Shown here piece after piece: positions 26,801-38,922 of a DNA stretch of 64,000 nucleotides (position 1 is the first letter of the stretch; the number at the start of each line of letters is the position of its first letter). The stretch lies in contig OX597829.1 of the NCBI GenBank assembly GCA_951406725.2, forward strand, positions 31,434,001 to 31,498,000, read 5' to 3'. The position numbers were made by a program, and so were the translations under genes. The DNA is from Octopus vulgaris. Lineage: Eukaryota. A model generated the notes under the pieces. It ran no database searches. It saw only the letters and a list, made by a program, of their open reading frames with translations, and had not been told where the DNA came from.

Positions 26801-29101
26801 AGAGGATGCTGTGGTCATTATTTCAGCTTGAGGTGGGGACGGTGCTGCGGACAATGATGGAGATAATTCCACTGAAGATATTTTTGATTGTGGTATGGAA
26901 GACGAAGATAGTGTGTGCTGAGGGTGTAAAGGTGTAGAAATTTGTTCTTGAGATTGCAACTGCTGGTTAGCGTGTCTGGGAGAGGATGTTGCAATTTGCG
27001 AGGGTAATAAAGGAAGTGAGGAATCGGTGCGAAGAGTTGGCGGGATTGCGGAATTGGTGGTTGTTGAACTCGTTGATTGTAACTGCGGCGATGAATCTGA
27101 CGAAAGCTTCGCTGCTGACTTCGATTTACCCAGAAAAAATTGTGAAAATTTCTTGAAGGGTTGTTGTGATGTTTTCGAATATGGCTTTGGAAGAAACGCA
27201 CCCCATCTCGAAAATTCTGGCTGACGTGTAATTTTGGGAGCAACACTGTCTGAGATATCTTTTTTATTTTCAGAGCCATCAGTATTATCATTCTTACTAT
27301 CCATTTTAACTTCCGAAGATAATGGATCTGACGAATTACTTTCTGGTTTTGGCTCTTCCTTTTCCTTGTCTAATTGTTTCTCTTCAAAGTAAGAAGAATG
27401 GGAAGGAAGAGAAGCAGCAGAAGGGAACGATTGAGAGGAAACGTTGTCCTTTTTGTCTGGGAGAACCTTATCTTCGTTAGAGAGCAACGTGGATTCGTGC
27501 TTTCCAGCACGGGATGATGAATCTTCAGAGCTGTATATATCTGTTGCGGTCAAATCAGGTTTTTCACAGAGTTGGTCTGATGTCACATGAGGCTCCACTT
27601 TATTTTCAGCCATAGTTGAACTACTTTGAATATAATTTAACAGAGACAGTGGCTTTTCTGCAGTTCCAGACACATCACATTCTTGTTCAACATTCTTTTC
27701 TGTGTATGCACCAATCAGATCTTTATCTCTTTGTGAATTACCATTTCTTACAACTACATTTTCACCATCGGAAGAAACATGGTTATTTATAGACTCTTCA
27801 GTTTCTATTTTTTGTTCTTTTACATCTTCTTCAATAATTTCTTCTTTTTCTTTTTCCGTAATTATTGCAGCTTTTTCTCCTTCTTTCTCAATTCTTTTTA
27901 CAACTTTTTCATTTTCTTCAAATATAGCATCCTTTTGTCTTTCTTCAGTTGTTACAACTTCTTTTTCTATTTCTTCACTTACTACATCTCTTTCTCTTTC
28001 TTCAATTCTTTCAATATCTTTTTCGATTTCTTCAGTTTTCGCCGCATCTTTTTCGATTTCTTCAGTTTTCGCCACATCTTTTTCTATTTCTTCAGTTTTC
28101 GCCACATCTTTTTCTATTTCTTCAGTTTTCGCCACATCTTTTTCTATTTCTTCAGTTTTCGCCACATCTTTTTCGATTTCTTCAGTTTTCGCCACATCTT
28201 TTTCGATTTCTTCAGTTTTCGCCACATCTATTTCTATTTCTTCAGTTTTCGCCACATCTTTTTCGATTTCTTCAGTTTTCGCCACATCTTTTTCTATTTC
28301 TTCAGTTTTCGCCACATCTTTTTCTATTTCTTCAGTTTTTGCCACATCTTTTTCTATTTCTTCAGTTTTCGCCACATCTTTTTCGATTTCTTCAGTTTTC
28401 GCCACATCTTTTTCTATTTCTTCAGTTTTCGCCACATCTTTTTCTATTTCTTCAGTTTTCGCCACATCTTTTTCTATTTCTTCAGTTTTCGCCACATCTT
28501 TTTCTATTTCTTCAGTTTTTGCCACATCTTTTCCTATTTCTTCAGTTTTCGCCACATCTTTTTCTATTTCTTCAGTTTTCGCCACATCTTTTTCTTTTTC
28601 ATTTTCATTTTCTTCAGTTTTTACACCTTTTTCTATTTCTTCAGTCAGTACATCTTTTTCTTTCTCTTTAGTTATTACGATTTTTTCTTGTTCTTCAGTT
28701 CTTACATCTTTTTCTTTTTCTTCCTTTTCTTCTGCTTCTGATTCCTCGACGCCTTCTTTCTGGCTTTCGGCAGATCCCAACGGAGCAACATATTGTTTAG
28801 GTGTTTCTAGTCCTCCGTTTAAATTTGAATCCAAATTCAAATCTAGAGAAGTTTCAGGGAGATATTTTTTAAGTGACTTACTAACACTAGAGGCTGTTGT
28901 GCTGTTATCCTGCGACGTTTCTGTTCTGAGAATGCCGTTCTTCACAGCGTCGTTTTCTTTGATGTTGGGATCTTCGTGTGTTTCGATTCCTTCGACTTTC
29001 TTGGGTTTGCTCGGCGAAGAAAAACCCTTTTTAAAGCTGTTTCTAAGCAAATGAAATATACTCTTTGGACGTTCTGGATTTTTTTCTCCTTCCGGATCCA
29101 T
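14841..29101 (-). CDS. Coding part of one giant exon (~4,750 aa), acidic, repeat-rich, probably intrinsically disordered protein; continues in an unidentified downstream exon
   Basis: ORF 29101..24722 (1459 aa) and ORF 24738..14812 (3308 aa) join into one frame if one extra base at ~24724 is removed. An in-frame TAA lies at 29125-29123, upstream of the ATG. The donor ACAG|GTAAGT is at 14841/14840 (phase 1). No globular domain was recognised. Confidence 0.85.
19220..20760 (-). repeat. Coding 72-bp tandem array (24-aa unit EVVHEVVEVSLPTVTQEALPSVDS), about 20 copies
   Basis: Visible in both DNA and protein. A/B units alternate in the middle. Diverged copies also occur at ~21260-21450. Confidence 0.95.
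23800..26755 (-). repeat. Coding 36-bp tandem array (12-aa unit PEVPSVTLDEKL), roughly 80 copies
   Basis: Plus-strand unit ctcaggcagtttctcatctaatgtcactgatggtac; copies are near-identical with recurring variants. Confidence 0.97.
28021..28590 (-). repeat. Coding 30-bp tandem array (10-aa unit EKDVAKTEEI), about 19 copies
   Basis: Plus-strand unit tttctatttcttcagttttcgccacatctt. Confidence 0.97.
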
Positions 29102-29238
29102 TTTCCTTTTAACTTCTTCCTTTTATTTTTGTATCTTATTTTATTCTAATTTAATAATAAGACTATAAATCATTTGGGCTCCAGGATTCTTTCGCTGTTG
29201 GTTTCTGTACAAGAAGAAAAAAAACGAGATTAGATTAC
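29102..29238 (-). promoter_or_regulatory. 3' splice site and 5' UTR portion of the giant exon
   Basis: Minus strand reads TCTAAT (branch-point-like), ctcg, a T-rich tract, cttcttgtacAG|AAACC. The AG is at 29206-29205, followed by ~103 nt of untranslated sequence before the ATG. Confidence 0.7.
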
Positions 29239-29262
29239 TACTACTACTACTACTACTACTAC

Positions 29263-29359
<97 letters not shown>

Positions 29360-29369
29360 AATATTCAGT

Positions 29370-30465
29370 AACAAAACAGGCAAAGGAATATCTAAGTGAA
29401 TTCCAAACACAACAAATTCCGGAATTAGATATACGAGAAACAAGCACAGAAAAAGCTAAGCACATGAAAGCTCGTGCTAAAACTGCTGCCTTAGATATTC
29501 TGACTGATAGATGGCAAGAAAGACCTCTCAATGGCAAATACCCAAAGAGAGCGAATAGTGCCGGTGTTGACAAAGCCCTCACCCATCAATGGCTAATGGC
29601 CTCTGGCTTAAAATCTGAAACAGAAGGGTTTATCATAGCAGCCCAAGATCAATGTCTACCTATAAGGAACTACCAGGCCAACATATTAAAGAACGGTAGC
29701 TTCCCAACATGTCGTGTATGTCAACCTCAAAATGAAACTATTGATCATGTTGTCTCCAAATGCAGTCTTCTTGCGCCTACAGAATATCTCAACAGGCATG
29801 ATAGAGCTGCACAATATATTCACTGGGCACTTTGCAAAAACCTGGACTTGCCCCATGATAAAAACTGGTGGGAACACAAATCACCTCCAATGCTTGAAAA
29901 TGATCACATCTCACTCCTCTGAAACTTCACCATTCAAACTGACAGAAAGATAGATGCAAATAGGCCAGACATCATATTGAAAGATTTCAGACAAAAATCA
30001 TGCCCCCTCATTGATATGACTGTCCCAATCGATATAAATGTATCTGTCAAGACCTACCAAAAACTGAGCAAGTATAAAGATCTTGAAATAGAAATTAGCA
30101 AAATGTGGAACCTGAAGACTAAAACAATACCTGTTGTCATAGGTGCCCTGGAAATAGCAAAAGGGGTTGATTGCTACCTAGCTCAGATACCAGAAAACCC
30201 CAAAATGGCAGAAATTCAAAAGATAGTGCTCATGGGAACTGTCCATATCCTACGCAAAATACTTTCTATGTAATCTCAAGTTTTAAAACAAACATAATTT
30301 TCTTATGGTTTCTTAGACATTCTCTAGAACAACACTATGTACAAAACCAAATATATGGCACCTTAGGCATAACACCAACATGAACTTCCAACTTGTTGTC
30401 TCTTGAAGTTTCTGGGTGAGACCTGGAGCCAACTTGTACAAATGTAAAGCAAAAGTCAAACATAA
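29370..30465 (+). mobile_element. 5'-truncated R4/Dong-clade non-LTR retrotransposon (zinc knuckle, restriction-like endonuclease, 3' UTR)
   Basis: LKSETEGFIIAAQDQ, CRVC...ETIDHVVSKC, YLNRHD, RPDII, IDMTVP, KLSKYKDL and IQKIVLMGT..ILRKIL; one internal stop at ~29920; flanked by (TAA)n on both sides. Confidence 0.92.
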
Positions 30466-30496
30466 AATAATAATAATAATGATAATAATAATAATG

Positions 30497-30542
<46 letters not shown>

Positions 30543-30590
30543 TAATAATAATAATAATAATAATAACCAATGATGATGATGATGATGATG

Positions 30591-30650
<60 letters not shown>
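30466..30650. repeat. (TAA)n/(TGA)n microsatellite, the tail or target of the R4/Dong element
   Basis: Direct inspection. Confidence 0.95.
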
Positions 30651-30652
<2 letters not shown>

Positions 30653-30794
30653 GCTGCTTGTGAGCCGTTTCTTTACTACAAGAAACAGAGGATACGTAAT
30701 TTTGGGACGGAGGCAAAGGAATGTGATACTATGGCCTCAATACACCTCATCCACCATACATTGGCTATTATACAATTCCAATATATATATATAT

Positions 30795-30955
30795 ACGACA
30801 AGCTTCTTTCAGTTTCCGTCGACCAAATCCACTCACAAGGCTTTGGTCAGCCTAAGGCTATAGTTGAAGACACTTGCCCAAGGTGCCACGCAGACGACCT
30901 GAACCAGAACCAGAACCATGTGGTAAGAAAGCAGACTTAGCCACTCCTACGCCTG
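30795..30955 (-). mobile_element. SINE family A, 5' half
   Basis: Reverse complement of ggcgt...ccacatggttc...ggcaccttgggcaagtgtctt...gacggaaactgaaagaag. Confidence 0.8.
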
Positions 30956-31150
30956 TCGTATTAATTTAAAATCGACACGAACTCGACTTCTTTACTAATT
31001 TCAGTCTGATTAATTAACATACAGGGTTCATTCAAATACATTCCATTCATGGCTATCTTGCCATAGACACACTACTAAAAGTAAAAGAACAGAAACAAAA
31101 ATAAGCATATTGTACTTGTAGTATGAATGTCAATGGGCCATGAAACAGCC

Positions 31151-31233
<83 letters not shown>

Positions 31234-31699
31234 AACACACACACATACACGTATGGTTTACGTCATAACAACTTAGAAACTTCGAAAGATGTGAACTAAT
31301 TCGTTTTTAACACTGAAACTCGAAGTAGATAGAACTATGAGCGTCAGTTTGTAAATATTAGGTTTAAAAGAAACCATTGGATAGATAATGTCAAAGGTTT
31401 TACTAAATATGTTTGTATATATGTATATGTATGTGCATAATGTGTATGTATGTTTGTATTTGTATATATATATATATAGTACTTAATAAAAGAGTACTAA
31501 ATAAAAGAGTTACAGGTACATTCTTTTGTATTCAATAATTATGATGAGATATTAAAAACAAAATTTGTTTTCTTTCTACCACCGGTAGTTATGGAAGAAT
31601 GTTGGAAAACAGGTTGGAAAACACTGGTATAATGGGTAGCTCAGCAATGGTAAGGCTAATGACCTGGGTGTGAATGAGGGCGACAGCCTCAACTGATCA

Positions 31700-32040
31700 A
31701 TGGTGCCCTCAATTGCTGAAATGCCTCAGCTCTTCAGGTTAGCAGCCTAGGCCTAAATCGGTGGCGCATAAACGGCGAAGTCGAGATATTTGGCAGAAAA
31801 TGACAGATTTTGTAAGTGGGTGCAGTGAAATTAGAAATATTCGTGATAGAACTTAAGATTAGTGGGCGTGTAGTGACGGTAGTGGTGACGGAGTTATCTT
31901 AGGATGAGACGGAGTGTCAGATACAATGGGAATAAATTCTAGGGCAAGGTGAAACGGGTCAACATAAGAAATGTAGTTATCAAGTTGCAATCTGGTGAGT
32001 TTGGTGTCGACGCAGTCGTCAACTTAGCGACCATACAGCG
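31700..32040 (-). mobile_element. Degenerate Penelope-like RT C-terminal fragment
   Basis: Minus strand gives FHLALEFI and ...CQISRLRRLCA, resembling PLE F.P.L.FT and SQFLRLRRIC motifs; frameshifted. Confidence 0.45.
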
Positions 32041-32146
32041 CTAAACTGTGCATGTCTGTGTATGTATGTATGTGTTTTCCATTGATCCAGTCGTCCGGAT
32101 AGCAATCTGAGTCCCAATATAGATTCTAACTAGACTGGCGCAATTT

Positions 32147-32281
32147 GTGGTGGTGGTGGTGGTGATGGTGGTGGTGGTGGTGATGGTGGTGGTGGTGGTG
32201 ATGGTGGTGGTGGTGGTGATGGTGGTGGTGGTGGTGATGGTGGTGGTGGTGGTGATGGTGGTGGTGGTGGTGAAGGTGGTG
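32147..32281. repeat. (GGT)4GAT 15-bp periodic microsatellite
   Basis: Direct inspection. Confidence 0.95.
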
Positions 32282-32802
32282 TATGCCTGTGTATGCACAA
32301 ACGCATATGCCCACATACTTCCATACACCCATCCATACATGCATGATGGCATGATGGCTGTCCGCTCGTAGACGAGTAAGACCATCTCTGACAAAGCAAT
32401 ACCCGTGCCAAATTTTCTGCCCACTAAGGCTTGCACTACACTTCATAGGCTAGGCTTTCTCCACCCTATTGACATGATTTAGAGACAAGCGGAGGCAAGA
32501 CATCAAGTGCTAATATGGGTCCAGGCTCAGGAATGTGGAAGTGCCATGATCTCAAGCTAAAACGTCCAATGCCATTTCCGGTTTTATGTAAATATTGACT
32601 TGTAAGCACACGGTATTTCGTTATACAGTCATAATATTCTACAAAGTATATTGAACGTTTTTATAAGTCAAAACCGCGAACTACTGTGTTAGCAGTGCAC
32701 CACCTGGTGGTGGTATTGGTTTTGGTGGTTTAGTAGCCGACCAGCAACAGTTTGTAGTAGATTCCATATTACCAGTAGTATTCATGAGAGACCGCACAAA
32801 TG

Positions 32803-33560
32803 ATCATACATACATACATACATACATACATACATGCATATATACATACATACATACATACATGCATACATACATGCTTACATACATGCATACATACATG
32901 CATATATACATACATGCATGCATACATACATACATACATACATGCATACATACATGCATACATACATGTATACATACATACATGCATACATACATACATC
33001 CATACATACATACATACATACATGCATACGTACGTACACACATACATACATACATGTATACATACATGTATACATACCTACATACATGTATACATACATA
33101 CATACATGCATACATGCATACATACATCTATACATACATACATGTATACATACATACATACATGCATACGTACGTACACACATACATACATACATGTATA
33201 CATACATACATACATGCAAACATACATACATCCATACATACATGCATACATATATGCATACGTACGTACATACATGTATACATACATACATGTATACATA
33301 CATACATACTTGTATACATACATACATGCATGCACACATACATCCATACATACATATATGCATACATACAGGCATACGTACGTACATACATGTATACATA
33401 CATACATGTATACATACATACATACATGTAAACATACATACATACATACATACATACATACATAAATGCAAAGATGCATGTGTGTATATATGTATGTAAG
33501 TATGCATGCATGGACGCACACATGCATCCATACATACATACATACATACATGTATACATA
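32803..33560. repeat. (ACAT)n microsatellite with variants
   Basis: Direct inspection. Confidence 0.95.
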
Positions 33561-34381
33561 ATGCATGTACATATATGTATACTTATATGCATAAGTGTCT
33601 CTTGAATGCATGAGCACTTATCTAGCTAATTATTTTAGCTTCGCTGAGAAGGTCTAAACAGATCGAAAAACGTCCAGAATTAATATATTTCGTACATGGC
33701 AAAAAAAAAAAAGAAAGAAAGAAAATCAAAATATCATTTGTCAATAACAATTATCTTAGTGATATATCTACCAACGCACCTACATTGCTACGGGTCAATC
33801 TCACTTCAAGTGTATAAATGTTTTCATTTATCAGGCCATCTATGCCAAATATTTCATGCTGCTTAGGGAATTTTGTTATTCTATTTCATATATATCCTAA
33901 AATATTCAGTGGAGCACGATATGTCTTAACAACGTCTTGTTTTATTCGTTATTTATTGCACATTTTATCATGTTTCTTTCCTTTAACAAAAAACTCTTCT
34001 TTTTTATTATATCATATATAAACACCACGTGTGTGTGTGTGTGTATGTGTGTCTGTATGTGTGTCTATGTGTGTGTGTGTTAGATAATAAAACGAATTGT
34101 TTACACCTGGTAGCTTACTGGTAAAGCACGGTCACTTTCACAGTTATTTTATATTTCGTTATTTTATATATGAAAGACGGAAAATGGATAATGGAAAATC
34201 CCTTGTGAGGAATCGATGCCAGATGTGTGGAAACAATTGTCGTAATTAATAAAAATTCTCATATCTTCCATCTTTCATTTACCATATATATATATATATA
34301 TATATATATGAAAAATAGGAATAAGAAAATGGAGATATTGAAGTTAATAAGAGTTTATTATCAGCATAAAATCAATCATTA

Positions 34382-34464
34382 TCCCTTACAACTGTTTCAA
34401 TTAAGCTCTGTGAAGTTAAATAAATATTAAAATCATATTTCTAAGCAAAATCTCTTCAGAGGGA
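34382..34464 (-). ncRNA. Type I hammerhead ribozyme motif (Penelope-type)
   Basis: Minus strand TCCCT-CTGAAGA-[~55 nt]-GAAACAGTTGTA-AGGGA: perfect 5-bp stem I, intact core, GUA cleavage triplet. Stem II pairing is weak. Confidence 0.65.
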
Positions 34465-34645
34465 GAAAAAAATACCCTTATTCATTTTGCGTGTTAGTTT
34501 GTAGAATAATCACTGCAGACTGAATAATCATCATGCCATCTGATGTAGCTTTTTAAACCAGACAGTATTCAGAAAAGACACCCACATAGATTGCGTATCC
34601 GATTCGAACCACCAAGAGCTGCAGATAAGTTCTGATCTTTGTGTG

Positions 34646-34742
<97 letters not shown>

Positions 34743-34775
34743 AGACAAAGAGAGAGAGAGAGATTCCTAACATTA

Positions 34776-34921
34776 GAGTCTCTCTGATGAAGCTTTGGGG
34801 CTCATTGTCCAACCCTGTCCAATATTTGTTCAAGCTTTGTAAAGTCCCTGTATATTACTGGCATGATGTGGAAAACTTGGCAGATTGGACCCCCCCATAA
34901 TAGAAACAGCTGTAAGAGCTC
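34776..34921 (+). ncRNA. Type I hammerhead ribozyme motif with long stem/loop II
   Basis: GAGtCTCT-CTGATGA (34784-90)-[~110 nt]-GAAACAGCTGTA-AGAGCTC; palindromic stem III ACAGCTGT; GUA site at 34912-34914. Confidence 0.7.
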
Positions 34922-35208
34922 AGTATTTTTTCGCTCATTTATTCTTATTCATTTATTTATGTATTTTTATCTATCTATTTATTTACTTGATTATTTGCTT
35001 ATTTAATTTGTTTATTTTGATTACTTATACATATGATTGTAATCGGTTGTTAAATATATATAAGTTTTCCCCCCACTCATACCTAGTATTCAATTGCGAT
35101 ACTGCTCTGCAATAGTAAGCCCTTGGATATAAATACGTAGGTATGCATCCCGTAGTATATTGGATATTTATTATCCCTTAGGTGGTTGCATAACCTCTAA
35201 CTCATACA

Positions 35209-35696
<488 letters not shown>

Positions 35697-35733
35697 TACA
35701 TAGAGATACATGCATAAACGTACATATATATTA

Positions 35734-36213
35734 CTAGCAGCATAGCCCGGCATTGCCCGGGTATGTAAGAAACTTTGTCGATAAGCAATGCCCTTTACCT
35801 TTTTAACCTTTTTTGTACTCATTGAACCGTTATTTTGTAAAATGAAGCCTAAAAGGCATTAAGGCATTCAAGGCACCGTTTACTTGCCAGTCAAGGAGCA
35901 TTTTCTGGTTTTGTTTAGCACACTCAACCCAGTTCTGCGGGTTTTTTGGTGAAAATCGATTGCAAGTTGCGAAAACTACAACAGAAAATGTGTTGCATAT
36001 GAAAAGCTTAGATTCTCGACCCCATGTCGAATTTATCGATTCTTTTCAGAACTGGGGGAACTTTTCAAAATTTTCGCTGCGTTAGTTTTGAATTATGACA
36101 TTGGGCTATGTGTGTGTCGAGTTTCATCAGAATCGGTTGAAAGCCGTGGTCAGGGTGAGGGTACAACCTGGCAGACACACAGACAGACAAAGTGCCTTTT
36201 ATATATAGAGAGA
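35734..36213 (-). mobile_element. Non-autonomous Helitron
   Basis: Minus strand starts A|TCtctctatatataaaa and ends with hairpin cccgggcaatgccggg, then CTAG|T. Confidence 0.85.
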
Positions 36214-36495
36214 TATATGTGTGCGTGCGTGCGTGTGTGTGTGTGTACGCGCGCGTTACAATCGAACAGTAATAATGAGTGCTCACTACCACGTTGGGGA
36301 AAAACTATTTTTTTATTCTTAGTATAATCAGGCTACCATTGGTTTCATATTGAGACAAATGTCTCACAACAATCAATTATTCAAGTTTGTCACTTGGGAC
36401 GTTGATATTCGTCTCCATATACTTTCCTGAGCATCAAACTACTACACCTTGTTTATTGTTCCCTCATTTGTCCCTGTCTTCTTACATATATGTGG

Positions 36496-36533
<38 letters not shown>

Positions 36534-36989
36534 TATTATTGTTGTTGTTGTTGTTGTTGTTATTGTTGTTTTGTTATCTTATAATGATTCTGCTTGTCAT
36601 TACGTTACTTAGCCCACCGGCAACGCTTTCATGTGATTAGAGAAAAAGTGGGAGAAAGAAAAGAGATAGAGAGAGAGAGAGAGAGGGGGTAAGGCTAAGA
36701 GTGAGGCAGAAAGAGAGAGAAAAGAAGGAGAAGAAAGAGGGAGAGAGAAGCGTCCATGACATATGATAGAGGGAACGTAATATCTATTACGTAGTTAAAA
36801 ACATTAGTTGAAGGTATTGATATAGAGGAGAGTTAGGAATATAATTTTAGCAGAGGGATGATGTCCTGATGGTGATATTAAAGAAAGGCGGAGGGAGAAA
36901 GAGAGAGATGATGGTGATGGTGGAGGAGGTGGTTATGGTAAGTGCATATGAAAAGTAAACTTTTTTTTTATAATTGAACTAAGATTTTT

Positions 36990-37599
36990 ATATCACCAAT
37001 CATTTAACGCATGCACATCCCAAACTTGCCATTCGCTTTAGAAAGAAACTAGTTACCTGTTCACCTGCCATATGCAATAACTATCAATAAATCACAAGAT
37101 CAGGCATTTGATAAAGTGGGGCTGTTCTTGCCTGAACCTGTGTTTGACCATGGTCGTCTATATGTTGCATTCGCAAAGGCTCGCAAATTATCTGATGTGC
37201 GAGTTAAAGTTATCAACATTGACAAACGAGGATGTAGAAGAGGGAGAACTTACACGAAGAACATAGTATGCAAAGAAATATTGGATTGAAAAGGGTACCC
37301 AAATTGAAATCTGTTTGGGCTCTGACCCATCGTCTTGGCTTGTAAGTTACCAACGATGTGGTTTTCAGAGTATGCCATGTTGCATTAAATTTTTATCCAC
37401 GTGCAATTTAAACCCTATATTTTACATATAAAATAAATTTTTTTACTATAAAATCTTTGTTTTTTAGATATAGAATTGTGACCAAGTAAATTTTAAAATG
37501 TAATTTTTTCTGTTTATGGAGGAAGCGGAAAGTTGAGAGTGAATTTTTATTTTATGAGTATTGTGTATTAAGTCTATAAAACTGTATGAAGTGTATAAA

Positions 37600-37638
<39 letters not shown>

Positions 37639-37786
37639 GTATTAAGTAATCATCGTATTCCAGTTTCCCTCACTTTTCAATGAGTAGCAGATGAGCGACT
37701 ATCTTTCCATACAGACATAACACAGGATACGCTTTCAGGTTTTCTGGATAAAGTTTTCCCCGTGAAATTTTCACGGGTCCTGCTAG
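36990..37786 (+). mobile_element. 3' end of an autonomous-type Helitron (degenerate Pif1-like helicase C-terminus and terminal hairpin)
   Basis: LPFALERN*LPVHLPYAITINKSQDQAFDKVGLFLPEPVFDHGRLYVAF...TKNIVCKEILD* (stop 37287-89); hairpin cccgtgaa/ttcacggg at 37759-37777; CTAG|T at 37783-37787. Confidence 0.9.
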
Positions 37787-37807
37787 TTATTATTATTGGT
37801 AGTAGAA

Positions 37808-37995
37808 AGGCGGTGAGCTGGTAGAGCCGTTAGCATGCCGAACAAAAATGCTTAGAGGCATTTTGTCCGCCTTTACGTTCTGAGTTCAAATTCCACCGAG
37901 GTCAACTTTGCCTTTCATCCTTTCGAGATCGATGAAAGAAGTACTAGTCATGTACTGGGGTCAATGTAATCGACTAGTTCCCACCCCCAAATTTC
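37808..37995 (+). mobile_element. SINE family B
   Basis: aggcggtgagctggtagagccgttagc...ctgagttcaaattcc. Confidence 0.85.
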
Positions 37996-38003
37996 AGGAG
38001 GAG

Positions 38004-38045
<42 letters not shown>

Positions 38046-38456
38046 ATAAAACAGTGAGGTTCTGAATCAAACCGTTTCCAATAATAATATATGTAATTCC
38101 AGCTAAATGTGATCAATACCTCTTTCTTTCTCGTGTGCGTGTGTCTGTATGTGTGTGTGCAGAGAGAGAGAAAGAGAGGGTGGGGGTAGAAACAGACAGA
38201 CAGACAGACGGAGGAACAAACAGAGCCACCATCATCGCACACAGGCAGATTAGCACATCGATACGACGGTGTATATTAAATGTATGTGACATTATATAAA
38301 TATAAACGACCAATGATAGAGAGGGGAGGGTGGGGAGTTGGCAAATTTCACAGGTCACTTGAGACACGTACACAGCTGAAAAATGCGTTTTTTTATGTTG
38401 CCATAAAAGGAATGACAAAACGTCAAGGATTGTAAGAATAATGCAATTCTGTTCAA

Positions 38457-38529
<73 letters not shown>

Positions 38530-38629
38530 TGTGTGTGTGTGTGTGTATGTGTGTGTGTGTGTGAGATTTTTGCATACATATTTGCAAATTAGACTATCCA
38601 CCAATGCGGTAGTTTGATTTATGAATAAG

Positions 38630-38790
38630 CGGGCGTGGCTGTTTGGTTAAGAAGCTTGCTTCTCAACCAAACGGTTCCGGGTTCAGTCTCATTGCGTGAC
38701 ACCTTGGGCAAGTGTCTTCTACTGTAGCCCCAGGCCGGTCAAAGCTTTGTGAGTGGATTTGGTAGACGGAAACTGAGAGAAACCCATCTT
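38630..38790 (+). mobile_element. SINE family A, 5' half (tRNA-like head and CORE-like segment)
   Basis: ggcgtggctgtttggttaagaagc...ggttccgggttcagtc...caccttgggcaagtgtctt. Confidence 0.85.
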
Positions 38791-38922
38791 ATATATATAT
38801 ATATAAATATATATACATATGTGTATATATATACAAGAGTAAACAAGAGAGAGAGAGAGGCAGAAACAAAGAAAATTCCCCTTGTATTTGAATACTATAC
38901 AAATATTCTTTTAAAATACTTT

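Noticed and set aside
23795-29054. Long plus-strand ORFs (1005, 649, 450, 330 and 320 aa) opposite the giant exon
   Set aside because: They are antisense shadows of stop-free tandem repeats and end near the array edges, whereas the minus frame continues through unique sequence.
14841-29101. Naming the gene titin, periaxin, ankyrin or a mucin
   Set aside because: The similarity is only compositional; no Ig, Fn3, PDZ or ankyrin domain and no signal peptide is visible.
32041-32446. Poly-His, poly-Thr and extensin-like SPPPP ORFs
   Set aside because: They are three-frame translations of a (GGT)4GAT microsatellite with no splice or coding context.
33638-33680. Hammerhead-like CTGAGAA-ggtct..agatc-GAAAAACGTC
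   Set aside because: Core position 8, stem I and stem III are all imperfect; it could be a decayed copy but is not supportable alone.
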